Below, one piece after another: positions 11,665 through 24,700 of a DNA stretch of 64,000 bases. A program made the position numbers and the translations under genes. The DNA comes from Thalia democratica. Taxonomy: Eukaryota. The notes under the pieces are model-generated. The model was given only the letters and a program-made list of their open reading frames with translations. It had not been told where the DNA came from and made no database searches. Location of the stretch: contig CBDBBG010000230.1 of NCBI GenBank assembly GCA_965202585.1, forward strand, positions 1 to 64,000. Reading direction: 5' to 3'. The stretch's first letter is position 1. Each line of letters begins with the position of its first letter.

Positions 11665-14600
11665 ATGGCTCCTAAAATAACATTTGAATTGAATAATGGA
11701 CAAACGATGTTTTATGCCGGTTCAGTTGTTGCTGGATTTGTCACAATCGAATTGTTTGAAGACTTGTCTAATGTCTTAGGTTACTTTTAAAGTAAAAGTT
11801 TTATTGAAACGTTTTTAAGTACAAATTTAAATACAGTTAAATTATTTTTTTATTTTTATATTTTCTTATTATTGCAAGTAACTACTACAACTAGTAATTA
11901 TCATGCTGTAGTTTTAAATCAATAAAAGTTATCACTTCCTAAAAATATTATAAAATTAAAATTGATTTATTGCTAACTCTATTAGATATGTATTAAAGCT
12001 TCTCTAACCACATGTTAATTTTTGAATACAATTGTATGTGTACTTTACTGAAAGCTTTATATCAATGTTATTCATTTCCAGTATTGCTCTAAAAGTTGTA
12101 AAACATTTTGAACTGCTAAAATTTAACGTAAACCTTATATTTATTGTTTAAAACTGAGTTGTGTTCAACAGAAGTGATTGTTCAAATGTCTGGAAAAGCT
12201 TTTGTGCACTGGTCAAGGGGAGGAGGTGATAGTCGTTCCAATTATTTTAACGAAGAGGATTACTTCAAATTACCCAATACTCTGCTACAAAGTACTTTTG
12301 GCATTTCTAATAGTTTATGGTTTTTGTGATTAAATTATAACGACTTACAGATTTGCAAGATGACAAGTTGAGAAGGGGCGAACACAAATTTCCGTTTTCT
12401 TTTAAGATACCCCACAACGTACCAGCTTCTTTTAATTGTCAGTTTGTTTTTAAAAATTACTTTCAATTGCTAATGATGCTTTAAAAGTGTTTTTATTTTA
12501 AACCATTAAATCACACTGAACAACTAAGTTAAAATAGTTTTTAAGTATTGTGTAGTTTTACATTGTGGTTAGTTCTTTCTGTTTTCATTAGTGATCAATA
12601 GTTTAGTATAGTCAATATTATCATTTAACTACTTAATTTTAGTAACTTTTCCTAATGACATTATAAATTTTAGATACTAAACGTTAAACTATTTACTAAT
12701 CTTGTGATTTCTAAGTACTTGCCTTGTTTTTGTTTAGTATTCAAAAGTAAAACTCTAAAAAAGTATTTATTTAAAACCCTTGAAAGTTCAAAAAAAAAAT
12801 TCAAAGGCTTTTGGGTTGCTCCTAATTTAAAGTACATAACTTTTCTATAGTTAATTATCTTATAAGTATTACACTAACACATGTTCCTGTGTGTTAACCG
12901 ATTAACACACTTCAACGGAGCTATGATAATGAAGGTAATGTACTACCTTCATTTGTAATCTTAATGTAGTGTATGTAATCTTCATCGAAAATAAAAGGCA
13001 TACAAAGTAATCTTATTAGTTTTTCTTCTTATATTAAGTTATTTAAAAGTTTTTGAAAATGTTAAACTTTAATAAAACAATTTATTTTATTAAAATAAAT
13101 TTTATCGAAAAATACAATGTAAATGAGCTAATCTAAAGTTTTCTGTTTGAAATATCGTGAACTTGACATGAAATTAAAGTTAATATTTTCATAAACTTTA
13201 CATGTTCAAAAATTTAATGGATTAGAACTAATGAGTAAAGTTATTGATTTTAACTTAACGGATAACGTATGAAAATTTGAAAATTAAAAGTTTTTAAATT
13301 TTTGAAACCGGATTAATTCGGTTTGGAATTGACTCTTGTGGGAATTGATTGGTGGGAGTTTATATAATTGGTTTTCTTCGGAATTGATTCGGTTGAAAAT
13401 TAGTTTGTATGGGATTTTATTTCTTTAGAATTGATTCGAGTGGGAATTAGTTTGTATGGGAATTGATTCGGTTGGGAAATGTGCTCAGTTTGAAACTGAG
13501 CGGTTCCCGAATTGTCATACATCGCTGAAATGAATTTTTGTTTTCTTAATACTTGACAACTATGACATCCTTTAAAAATAAATAAATAGCATAATTTGGA
13601 TTTTTTACCAATTAAGCAAAACTTTTTAATTTTTTAGTTATAGTTAAATTAATAATTTAAAACTTATTGTATACAACACATTATATAATTAAATATTTAA
13701 TTTAAATATAAATAATATAAATGTAATAAATTTTCTATATAAATTTTTCTTAATTTTCTCATTATAACTAACTACATTACTTTAAAACTTTTATACTTTT
13801 GGTTAAACTTTATTTAGTTTTTCGAGATATCTAGTTATTTTCAAATTTTACTTATAAATTTTAGGGAGCATAGTGAGTTTTCATGTCTCATGCACAAAAA
13901 AGAGAAACACATATTTATTTTACCGTAATTTACTAATTACAGTTTATTTATTCAAAAGGAGCATATGGTGGTAGTTGCTTAACATTTTTTGAATTTTTAA
14001 GCTTCATTTAAAATAAAGCTACCTTAATGGTTGCAGTGTTAAAAAAACAATTAACTTAATGAATACCGTTTTCAACACCTAATGTCTATTTATAAACAAT
14101 TGTAGAATCTAAAAATTACTGAAATTACCATAAATTTTTTCTTCTTCAGTACTAAACTATTAAGAACTAAGAAAACTTTTAATTCATAGAAATTTAAAAA
14201 AAATCTTTCTACAGTTTCATGGGGTTCTACAATTGCATACGTGTACTATGGTTTAAAGTTGAAGATAATACGTCATGGTATGCATTTCAATGTGGAGAAA
14301 AAACACCAGATTACTGTTATCGGTAACACACTCATGTACGAATGTCCTGTGAATCCTATGGTTGGTTTATTTGTATTCTTTTTATTTAAGTTTAATGGTT
14401 TATGTTGTTGTTTTTATTGAAGGTTACAGTAAACTCCGAAAATGTATTTTTTTTACAATTTTGTTACAAAAAATTACAGTTTATAAAAATACAGTCTTTG
14501 ATAAAAAATTGGAACATTTTAATTGATAAGTTATTTATTTTTGTTCAATAAATCTTAAAATAAATTAACATGCATTCAAAGTACAGCACAAAACAGGTAA

Positions 14601-17600
14601 CGTTTGGCTTGAGAGTTAGATCTCTTCTACCAACAAAAATTTCTGGCTAGCAAAATTTTCTTTAGATTATAGTTAACGTGTAAAAAACAAATAAAATCAG
14701 GCTTGTTGATATTTTTTAATGCAAAGTAATGTTTATAAAACTATTATTTTCCATAAAGGTTTGCCTCTTACCTTTTTCAAATTTTTATATATTAAAATTA
14801 CACAGCCCACTAAGACTTTTTTAAACAAGTCTGGCCCGCAACGGACTATTACTTTTGTTGAAAATTGCCCGCAGAGTAAACTAGTTTCTCATCCCTAGTA
14901 TAAATGAATCCCTTTGATACCAAAAAAAGATTTGAAAACACAAAGTATATCATAGCTGTTGATTTTTACGACGAGAAATAAATTAATAACATAAAAAGCA
15001 TCATGTTTGAAAATTAGAAACTGTATCGGGAAGTATAAAGCTTCTTGTATACTACACAACTTATATGCGAAATAATGTTTTAACTTTATAAGTAAATTTT
15101 TAAGAAGTTGCAAGAGTGCTTTAGGCAAACAGATTTATTTCTGTTATATTTTTTACATTCCAAAAATGTTTTTTGTATTATAAAGGTGATATATTCTTTA
15201 TATTTAGTTTAATTTACATAGCGCTGCATTGAATGCAGCTCTAAAAATAAGCTTTTCAACAACTTTTTGTATAGGAAATTTGTATATGTTTAAAATGCAG
15301 CTGACACAGTTTTAGCTTGCAGCGCCAGCCATTTAACGAATATTTGAAAATTGAATGTAAGATTTGAAAAACTAACAAGTTTATCTATAAGTTCAAAGAA
15401 AAAAAAAAACAGAAAAACTGAAATAAAGGGAAATTTTCTTTTTTATTCTTTTTTTTTTGAATAGGTGGGACTACAGCTCCAGTGTGCCACCCCACGCGAC
15501 GCCCCTGGTTTAAGATACTTCTTGTTACTTGTGTTCAATTGTAGTTTTAGTAAGTGTGTCGTGTGATTATTTTACTTTTGTAAATAAACTTTTGTTGACT
15601 TTTAAATATCTTAGATGTATCTATCTTATTTAACCATATCTATCCCATTAAATTACCCCTAGCAATTTAGATTGGTTACATTAGACACCACGTCGGCATC
15701 TCTTATCGAGACATCACAAGTCATTTATGACACAATTAAATAAAAATGCAATAACATCTAAATGGAGACTGAAAACCATATTAACCAAACAAAAGATACT
15801 TTAAATAATTACATGGTTTTTGTAAACTAGACCTTTCTTCTAAAAACTCCATAAATTTATTCATAAAACATATTTCATAAATTTTCAAGATAAACTTAGT
15901 AGAGGTGTTTAGAAAAAATCCTGGTTAGGCCTGAGCTATGCAGATAAGATTTCACTGAACTGAGGTGACCTGAGGAAAACCTTACTAAAATGAAATGAAT
16001 AAATTACCTACATGCATATTTATTTTTTATATTCTCGTAAGATAAAAGCCAAAATTTTATTTGAACCGAATTAGGTTCACGAGCATACATAAAGAACTAA
16101 ACATATAATGAATAAGTAAAAGAGCGGTTATCCAAAATGCTGAGATTAAAAGCCTTAATTATGTACTTAATTAATTTAAGAGTCTAACAAAAATGATTTA
16201 TCATAGTTTTATACTGCGTGTAAAACTCTAGATCAAAGTTTAGAAGTTTTTTATAAGTTTGAAAAAGCACTGTTTTATTCACTCAAGCGTGAAGCCATTA
16301 ATTAGTTTTACATTTCATTTAACCTTTGACAAACAATAAAGTACAATTCAAAAAATTTAAAAAGTATATAAATTTCGAGTTCGAATCTTGGATTCGGTAG
16401 ATCAATACTTTTGTCTCCCTTTTATTTTTGACTAATTAAATTTTAACTTTTGGTTTATTTAAATATCTTAAACTAAAACAAATTCTATTTGAAATCATTT
16501 TATGGCAAAAAAAAGCTAGTAACACACACTATAACAACTCCATTTGAAATATATGTACCTTAAATCAGCCTAATAAACGTAGGAACCAGTAGTTGCCAGG
16601 GCAACGAAGTCCATATGTTGTTGGTGCTGCAAAACTGGACCAATCACCGCTGAGATACAACTCAATAAAACTGGATTCGTTCCCGGTGAAACGGTGTACT
16701 GCAATATCAACATCGAAAATTTGAGGTTTTTAATTTTTTTAATATTTTCGAAAATTAATCCAACATGAGTAAATAGCCATTGAATTAATTTCACTTTACA
16801 AGCCACAGATATTCAGGACACCAAAAACAAATGTATTTAACTTGTATTGACGCTTATTAACAAAAAAATATTCTATAGAAATGTTTCGCTCATCGAGGTG
16901 ATCTGTATAAATCAAAAGATCTTATAATATTGAATAAATTAATTTCTTAATTCGTTTGATTTACAACTAGAAGCATTACTAAGTTTATATGTGAAAATTT
17001 TAAACGTTTTTAACCCAATATTTTTATTTCTTTATTTAAGCATTAAGTAGAATTCAAACTGTTTATTTAACTTTTACAAAACTTATCATAGAACTTGAAA
17101 GATTTTAACAGTTTTTCAAAGTTTATATAATTATTCTCTTTAAGCTAAAATGTTAAATTTAAATATTCATCAAGTTTGTTTTTGCTTTTTAGTGTTTTCG
17201 CTATTCTATTTCACAATTAGTTTTTAGAACTTTAATGTTTTAAACAAAGGATAAATGTATGTTTTTTGTGTACTGTATTTTTTACACAAAATTTATTTAT
17301 TCTTTCATTGTTATAAAGTTAAATTTATTGTGTTAAATTATGATGCGAGGGTTTTGTTACCAACAAACTATTTTTGCTTTTTACTCAATCTTACAAACAC
17401 AAAATTACTGTTTCAAATTTCAGCGCAACAAAACTAGTGGTTGCCAGATTGAATTTGAAGAGAAGTGTGTTTTTGAAGTGTGGAGCGGCAGGCGAGAATT
17501 TTAGTGATCGCCTAATTAAACTGGACTTGTACGGATGCAAAAGCAGAAAGGTTCTTGTTCTCAACAATGTTCCTTTTCAGGTTTGTCAATTGTTTTCTAA

Positions 17601-20578
17601 TGCTTTATCATTGTATTTATTTAATTCAATCGTTTTAGGTATTTGCATGCTTTTAAAATCTAAGTTTTTAATTTGTTGTTTATTTTTATACTTTAGAATG
17701 TAAATTTTAGATTAAGAATTAACTTCAAAATACATTAATTTTATACCTTGTTTAAATAATATTTTTTGCAACAAAAAACATTTATTAAAAAATATTAATA
17801 AAATTTCTTTAGTTTAAAATTTATTTTAGCCATATCTCTAAAAATGTTTACAAAACTTTAAAAGATAAAAATCTTTTGTAGGATTTTATTAGACCTACAC
17901 ACGCAACTTTTCTTTTTTTAAAATATGCTGTTTTTTGAGTTGTGGCGCTTTAAAAATAATCTAATGATTGGTTTGTCCGAATTTTTAATGTCCTGTACCA
18001 AGCTTTTTTATGTTGTAACTTACAATTTGAATATAAAATCAAAAAGTTGAATTGCTACTTAAGAATAGGTGTTTATACAAATATTTTAACAAAAATAATG
18101 AAAAACATTTTAAGTTTAAACTTAATACCAAAGGATTACCCTGTTTTTGTGCAGATTATTACTAATAGTGTTTTTTATTTTGTATAAAAATTATGAAATA
18201 TTTATAAATACCTGCATTAACTTTTTTTTAATAAATTATAACTGTGTTTTATAAAACATAGTCCATCCGAATAACAAAAAAATTTGTTTGTTTTAGTTAT
18301 AAAATACCGTTTTTATGATCATATGTATTTATAACACAGCTTTTTGTTTATTTGACTTTTTCTATAAAGTGTTAAAAAAGCATTATAAAATTCAATAAAT
18401 AATTGCAGTTACCAGTAGACCTTGCACCTTCAATGCTACCGTTCTGTTATATAATAAAACCGAACTATTTCCTTGAGGTTAGATTGAAGTATATTATATT
18501 TTTTATGACTTATATGCTATGCTATTTCAAGCGCTTTCAATGAATATCATTTTTGGAAATAAAAAATGGAAAAAATATTTTTTCGGCTGTAATGTGGTTT
18601 AAGTAAGAAAATATCTTTAGAAAATTAGTAAAATGAATCCATTTTTTTGTATATTTTAAGGTATGAGAATTTAATTAAAAAAATTTAATTTTGAAAAGCA
18701 TTATAGTTTTGATATAGTATGTTTTAGTGATATTTATAGTTCTTCGTATACCATATATATACGACAAAAAATAGTAAGTAAAATTTTAACAACTCACAGA
18801 ATTAGTATTTTTTTTGTTTCAAACGTATATTCTAAGGTTAGGCTTCATAATAGATTTGAGTATATAAATTCAAAATATTCTAATCAGTATTACTGTACTT
18901 TTCTAATATAAGACTGTCAAAATACTTTACTGCTAATTGAACATACTCTTCCCAATAGCCACACATAAACAAAGCATCTTATTGAATAAAGCTATTATCT
19001 CAAAATAAGTTTACACTCATATAAGTTTATATCAAAATTAGTTTAAATCTAAATAAGTTCATTAAAATATAATTTATTGATATTAAACAGCATTTATAAC
19101 TTGTTACTACCAAGGTATAAATAATTTTTTACCATGAAAACTTTTTTTAAATACTTACATGAATGCTAAAACAAATTATGTAAAAAAAGCTTTATTTCAA
19201 CAGTTTACAATCTTTTTTTTTTGCTTTTGTACAATATCAAAACACTGATAAGTTATTTGCATTAAAAAAAAAGTTAAATATTTAGTGCTCAAAACTACAG
19301 GTTTTTAGCATCTTTTTTCGCAATTAACAAATTGAATTAGCTAATATACTCAGTTTTGTTTTCCATTTATTGGTAGTATTATATTTTTTTCTTAAAAAAA
19401 TGGTAATATCTGTTTTTATTTTATACTTTGATACTTTTGGTTTCATTTATAACTTAATATTAATTTTTTTTCTTTATTTTTCACCTTTGTACTTTAGTGA
19501 GCATAGAAATTGATTCATTGTTCACAAAAATTTCTTATTTAACCTGTCAGTGGTTGTTAGTTTAGAGAACTGTAGTTTAAAGAAAAATATACAAATAATC
19601 AGTTGGCAAATGATTCTTGTCACGGTTGCCAAAAAACTTGGTGTCCTGGAATTTGATAATTTAGACAAAAAAAAACTGAAAGACCTGGAATTTTAGAAAT
19701 ATTGAAAAAAAAACATTGAATTTTTAACAAAAATCATTTAGAAATCTGAATTTTTAGTTATGTTTACTTTTAAAATATATATTTTTTTTTGTTTTACATA
19801 AGAAAAATTTATCATTTTTTTTTATTTAAACTGGTAATGGAGGTAAACATGTGAGTTTAAAAAAAAAGTGCAAGTAAAAGCAATGAATGTTACATTTTTC
19901 TGAAATTATCTTCATTAATTTAAGCTTGAAAAAATTCTGTTAATACTCATTCTATTAAGTTTCGTGTTTTGTCAAGTCTAGATTTTACTTAAAGCTAGTT
20001 GAATTAAAACTCCTTGTGTTTAAAATTTATTATCAATAAAATCTGAAACGACAACAAGCATAAGTACAAACAAACGTTCCTAATACAAACTTTTATAATA
20101 ATAAAATGAGCTCGAGTTCAGTTATTCTGCACTAGTACGTTTTTAAAGCTCGGAGGCTGCTGCCAAAAAACGTCATATAAACAATTTAGTACTGTGTTTA
20201 AAAATCAGTGAGTACTTATTGCAAATGCTTTTTACACTTAATTTGTCAAATTAAATTTTGTAACAAATATCTACATGTGTGCATCCCAGCTTGAAGGAGT
20301 ATTAGGCAATTGTCGCAACAACCTGAGGGCTTCGTGTCAACTGTACGTTGCTGGTGTCACTGGGCGTTAGTTGATTTGTATGAACTATCTGAGTTAAATA
20401 AAAAAAAACTATTTTTTTATTTTACTTAACAACCGTTACAACTAGTGATTAAAAAACCATTTGTTTCACAGCTGGTTACGCGCAACCATTAGCAAGCGAC
20501 CAGCCACCAAGTAACCAACCATCATTAGCTGAACCATCTGTACCACCTCCAGCATACCAACCACTTAATAATGCCTAG
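11665..20578 (+). CDS. ARRDC: Alpha-arrestin (arrestin domain-containing protein), 9 coding exons, 339 aa, copy 1
   Basis: Exons 11665-11779, 12172-12291, 12351-12437, 14215-14360, 16583-16725, 17424-17580, 18409-18477, 20290-20365, 20472-20578. All introns are GT-AG, phases are compatible and the total is 1,020 nt. Translation includes MAPKITFELNNGQTMFYAGSVVAGFVTIEL, SGKAFVHW, GEHKFPFSFKIPHNVPASF, ICCWCCKTGPITAEIQLNKTGFVPGETV and a C-terminal VPPPAYQPLNNA*. These are arrestin N/C-domain motifs plus the PPxY motif typical of alpha-arrestins. The symbol is family-level only. Confidence 0.93.
13305..13523. mobile_element. Minisatellite-bearing non-autonomous element in arrestin intron 3
   Basis: Degenerate GGGAATTGATTCGGTT-like repeats flanked by a 5' palindrome (aaaccg..cggttt, 13305-13324) and a 3' hairpin gggaa..gctcagttt-g-aaactgagc..ttccc (13474-13508). 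Confidence 0.55.
14832..14897. mobile_element. hAT-like MITE right-end fragment in intron 4
   Basis: Two gcccgca subterminal motifs followed by gtttctcatcccta, resembling ...GGCCCGC...CATCCCTA/G MITE ends. The other end was not found. Confidence 0.35.
15220..15507. mobile_element. MITE fragment with a CAGGGGCGTCGC-type terminus in intron 4
   Basis: GC-rich end gccaccccacgcgacgcccctg at 15486-15507. The left boundary is uncertain. Confidence 0.35.
19621..19835. mobile_element. hAT-like MITE fragment in intron 7
   Basis: Begins cacggttgcca (CAGGGTTGCCA-like) with two cctggaattt subterminal repeats. The right end is degenerate. Confidence 0.35.
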
Positions 20579-21579
20579 CTAAAAAGTTATTTTAGAATTT
20601 TTGAGAATCTAATTGAACTTGTTAATGCGACTTTTTTTGTTTGTAAAATGCTCACTGTAAAAAATAGAGTTAGTTACATCTGTTTGAATACTACTTAGTC
20701 ATCATTAGGATAATAATAATTGCACTTTTTATACTGCTCTATGAAGTGTTTGCGTCTTTAAAATAGTTATATTATAGCAACTTTCGAAAAAAAATTTAAG
20801 GCTTTAATTTTAATGGTTTTTAAAACTAACTACTTATTTACTTTCAATTAAGTTTTTCACTTTTTTTTAAACTTAACTACTTAATTTGTTAAAACTTAGT
20901 TTGTGATATTGGATTTTTATTTATTGGAAATACATTTATTAATTATTTCGTAATATACTTTTTAGGAACTTAATTTTTATAATTCTTACAAAAAATAAAT
21001 TTAAGATTGCCATAAACCGTAAGGTGTAGTTTTTTTGTATTAATTGATTATAAATAAAAGAAAAAGGTGTTTTGGTTTAAATAGGTAGATTTTTAAACGT
21101 TAGTTTATTCAAGCACTTTACTTTTAGAAAGTATAACATATAGTTTACCAGCCGTACCACATATAAGCAACGTAAACCTTTATAAGTTTAAACTTTAAAA
21201 CGATAACCCATAATTTATTTACAATTTCTTTAAACGTAAAGTACATTTATATGACCCTAATAATTGTTACTAACAATCATAATATTTTTGTAGATATAAA
21301 ATGTTTTTTAATTTATTACGTGTGCAGACGGGAAAGGGTTCTACAACAAGATCCACAAAATAAGGATCCGGATATAAGTGGAAAAAGGCCGTATCTCGCT
21401 TTTAAATAAGTAAATTAAAATTAACTTTAAGTATTAAATAAATGATTATGATTAAGTTATTTTAAACTAGCAGTTCAATGAGTTAGATAGTGTCGTCTAT
21501 TGTGTTTTGTAAAGTTATCTATTTTAAACATTACCTAATGCTCGAAACAGAGTATGTTCCAACAAACTTTAAGTGTAAA

Positions 21580-21920
21580 ACTGAATTTAACAAATAATTG
21601 AGCTACTTTTGTAAGCCAGTGCAACAATATTACTAGATGAAATGAAGTGTTCGAGGTCTATTAAAAGTTGAATTGTATTTAGTTATTTAATACAGATGAA
21701 AAACTGAGAATGTAATTACTCCAATGAAGACAAGTGTAGTCAAACTTAGAGCTTTTTATAAGGAAAACTAGTGAAAGATATTGGATAAACTGACAAAAAA
21801 AAAAAAGTTGTGTGAAATTCTATTTAGTCTTTACTTCACTAAGTTTAAATTAAGCAACTTGTTTGAACAAGTATGTTGCAGACATTTAATAATCAAGAAC
21901 TGAAGAACATTTGCCTAAAC
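21580..21920 (+). repeat. Detached fragment of the decayed coding-island family, downstream of the arrestin gene
   Basis: Aligns by eye with 1,230-1,500 (gaaaactgagaatacaattactctaatgaag vs gaaaaactgagaatgtaattactccaatgaag) and with ~1,930-2,010. Confidence 0.6.
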
Positions 21921-23451
21921 TAAAAATTTTCAGTCTTTGGCAGCGATTCTTAACCTGGAGTAAATTTACCCCTTGTTTACCAGATCTATTGACAATCTTT
22001 ACTTTAAATATGTAAATTAAAGTTTATAAATATTGTTTTTAGTTAATATATTAGTGTTTTTTGGTCTTTTTAAAAGCTAAACAAACTCATAAAAAATTAC
22101 GGTTTTTTATATTTAATAAACATGAATTTCAAAAAAAAGTTTACTTTAGAGTTACTTAAATCTAGTTTACAAAGCTTATTGATTTGTGTAGTACTTAAAC
22201 AATAGTATATAAGAGAACCCTTAGCTGCAATAAACATAAAAATAAATGTTTATACGGACACCAAGGTTTAGCTTAACTTTACAAACTATATTAACACGTA
22301 CGAAAGTACTTATGAAACTGTCAAAGTAAGTAATGTTTAATTAACTGTTAAAGAACTAATTAAATTAATATACTTTATAAAAAAGAAGTCTTTTTCTAAA
22401 GACCAAAAAAACTGTAGTCTCTAAAATTTATGCAAAAAATTGAATGATAATGAACAAGTAAAATTTTTTTTTGATTTTTTGTCCTTTTCTTTTTAAACTT
22501 GCTAATACTTAAAAATAAACATTTTCATCGTTTCTGGTGGAAAATTTCATGCTAAAAAACACCAAAAAAATTATCAAAACGATCAAAAATAAGGTTTTTA
22601 TCAAATTTTACAATCACGCTACTTTCTTATGGCAAATTTAAGCAGGAAAATTAATTTTAACACGTGGTTTCTCTTCTCTCGCTTTGAAATTTTTAAGCCA
22701 ATTATAAAATTTTAGCTATAACTATTTTAAACCTTTTAATTTTCAATAAAAAAGTTTTACTATCGTTTTCAGCCCAAAATTCTGCTTTAAAAAACACCAA
22801 ACACTTTTTAAAAAGGATGAAAAATAAGCTTTAAAACTTCAAATCTTTGAATTTGAACTATTTGGTTTTTCGAATACCTTTCAAACTTGTATGTGTTTGC
22901 ATTATATGAGTTAGAAGTTAAAAACTATAAGTTCGCATTTTTTTGATCCCATACATTTTGCATTGTGCGGGTAATTAGAAAATCAGTTTGAGGTAAGGTG
23001 AAAGTTTTTTTAAATCATCTAAAATTATGCAAAGGGTGTTTTTATGATACTTTCGAAACTTTAAATTTTTTCCAAAATCAAAAGTACCTGTAAAAATAAG
23101 CACCTTAGTAACCAGATAAAAACTTGGTCAGCACAGAAGAATTTTCACCAAGGCATAACTTTTCTAACAATGTTTCTAACCATATTTCAGTTCTTTGTGT
23201 TTGTTTTTAATGACATAAGAACTATTTTATTCATTGTATTCTTTGAAGTAAGTTTATTCTATTCGTTGATATTTATAAAAACATTCTGTTACGGAAGTAC
23301 AATTGTAAGAACAGAATTTTTAAAATTAAACCATTTATAGTTTATACATAGCTGTTGTACAAGCTACTTTTGTACATAAAAAAATTAAAGAATAATCTAA
23401 GATACTGACCAATTAAACCTAAAACAATTTGATAACACTTTATCATCAAAA

Positions 23452-23620
23452 TGTGCCGACAGCAGGACTCGATCTCACTACCTCCGGTTTTCGATTCCGA
23501 CTGACATTCACTGAACTACACAACCACTTGTATATGGTCTTCAATGTTGGTATATAAAGTTAACAAAATACTACATACTTTGATTTTCACAAAACAAATA
23601 AAAAGATCTCAATTACTAGA
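23452..23620 (-). repeat. tRNA-derived repeat or tRNA pseudogene with conserved upstream flank (a)
   Basis: Minus strand gtggttgtgtagttcagtg..(A-box-like)..ccggaggtagtgagatcgagtcc (B-box-like). The acceptor and anticodon stems do not pair properly. Confidence 0.6.
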
Positions 23621-24245
23621 GGAGAAATATTATATTTTATTCTTATAAGACAATATTATAAAAGATATGTTTCGGTAAGTGCTTGAATAAATATAGAATA
23701 CTTCGTTTTAAACAAGTTTGTTTAGCTATTATTTTCTAACTTTTCTATAAATTGTTAATATACTTTATTATAAATTGTAAATATTATATTCAATACAAAC
23801 GCGTGCCGATATGACATGCTGTGCTTTATAGTTGGTTTGTTTTTAGTTTGTAATTAAAAATTTGTTTTTATGACTGAATTAATTCATTAGTTCAGTTAAG
23901 TGGAATTTATGTCTGAACGGAGCATTAGTACGGCTTCTATTGTAAAGTATTGTTCTATTGTTAAGTTCTACCACTCGGCCATCACTGCTTGTTGATTAAC
24001 TTGATTTGAAATATATATTCTTATGAGAAAGGAGTATAAAGGTGGAAATTGTGTTACGGTCAGAACGAAGCGTGTCCCTTTAATTGGAGGACATTTCTGT
24101 TTTTAAAATAATATTTATTCTATGATATTAATTTTAGAAATACAACATTAGAGATGTGTTGACTTTAATATGTTAGTTTAAGGTTCAAATTAACATTGAA
24201 AGTAAGAACAAATTTGTGACAGAGTTTTTTATTAAACACTAAAGG

Positions 24246-24560
24246 TGTGCACAAAACAGCTTTACTGTGCTTAAATTATCTATTTCTTATTTAAAACTAG
24301 TTAATACTAAACATTTAAAAGTTACTCCATGTTGCACTCCTTTATTGTATTTATACTCCTAAAGCAAACTTAAATACAAGGCTTTGGACATGTTTTTAAT
24401 TGAAACAACCTAAATATATAAAAGATATTTAGAGAATAATAATAAAGTACTTTTTTTTATATATTTTAAGCGGTAGAAGCTAATTGACTTTAAAATTATT
24501 TCATATAATATTTTCAAATAATTTTACCTAAAAGAACTTGCTGAAATATTATCATTTAAA
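24246..24560. repeat. ~315-bp local direct repeat (a), also at 26,511-26,826
   Basis: tgtgcacaaaacagctttactgtgcttaaattatc... recurs with scattered substitutions at 26,511. Each copy lies next to a tRNA-like repeat. Confidence 0.9.
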
Positions 24561-24563
24561 ATT

Positions 24564-24700
24564 GCTTAACGCGGGACTCGATCTCGCTACCTCCGGCTCA
24601 CGAAATGGGTACACAATCGCTGAGCTGCACAACCACTTGTAAGCTGACTTCAATGCTGATATATAAAGTTAATAAAACACCATATGCTTTGATTTTCACA
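24564..24700 (-). repeat. tRNA-derived repeat (b)
   Basis: Minus strand gtggttgtgcagctcagcg...ttcgtgagccggaggtagcgagatcgagtcccgc, with a T-arm-like GCGAG-ATCGAGT-CCCGC. Confidence 0.65.

Noticed and set aside
22500-23100. Possible foldback or Kolobok-like MITE
   Set aside because: It has a repeat-like texture, but I could not pair terminal repeats or find a TTAA target site.
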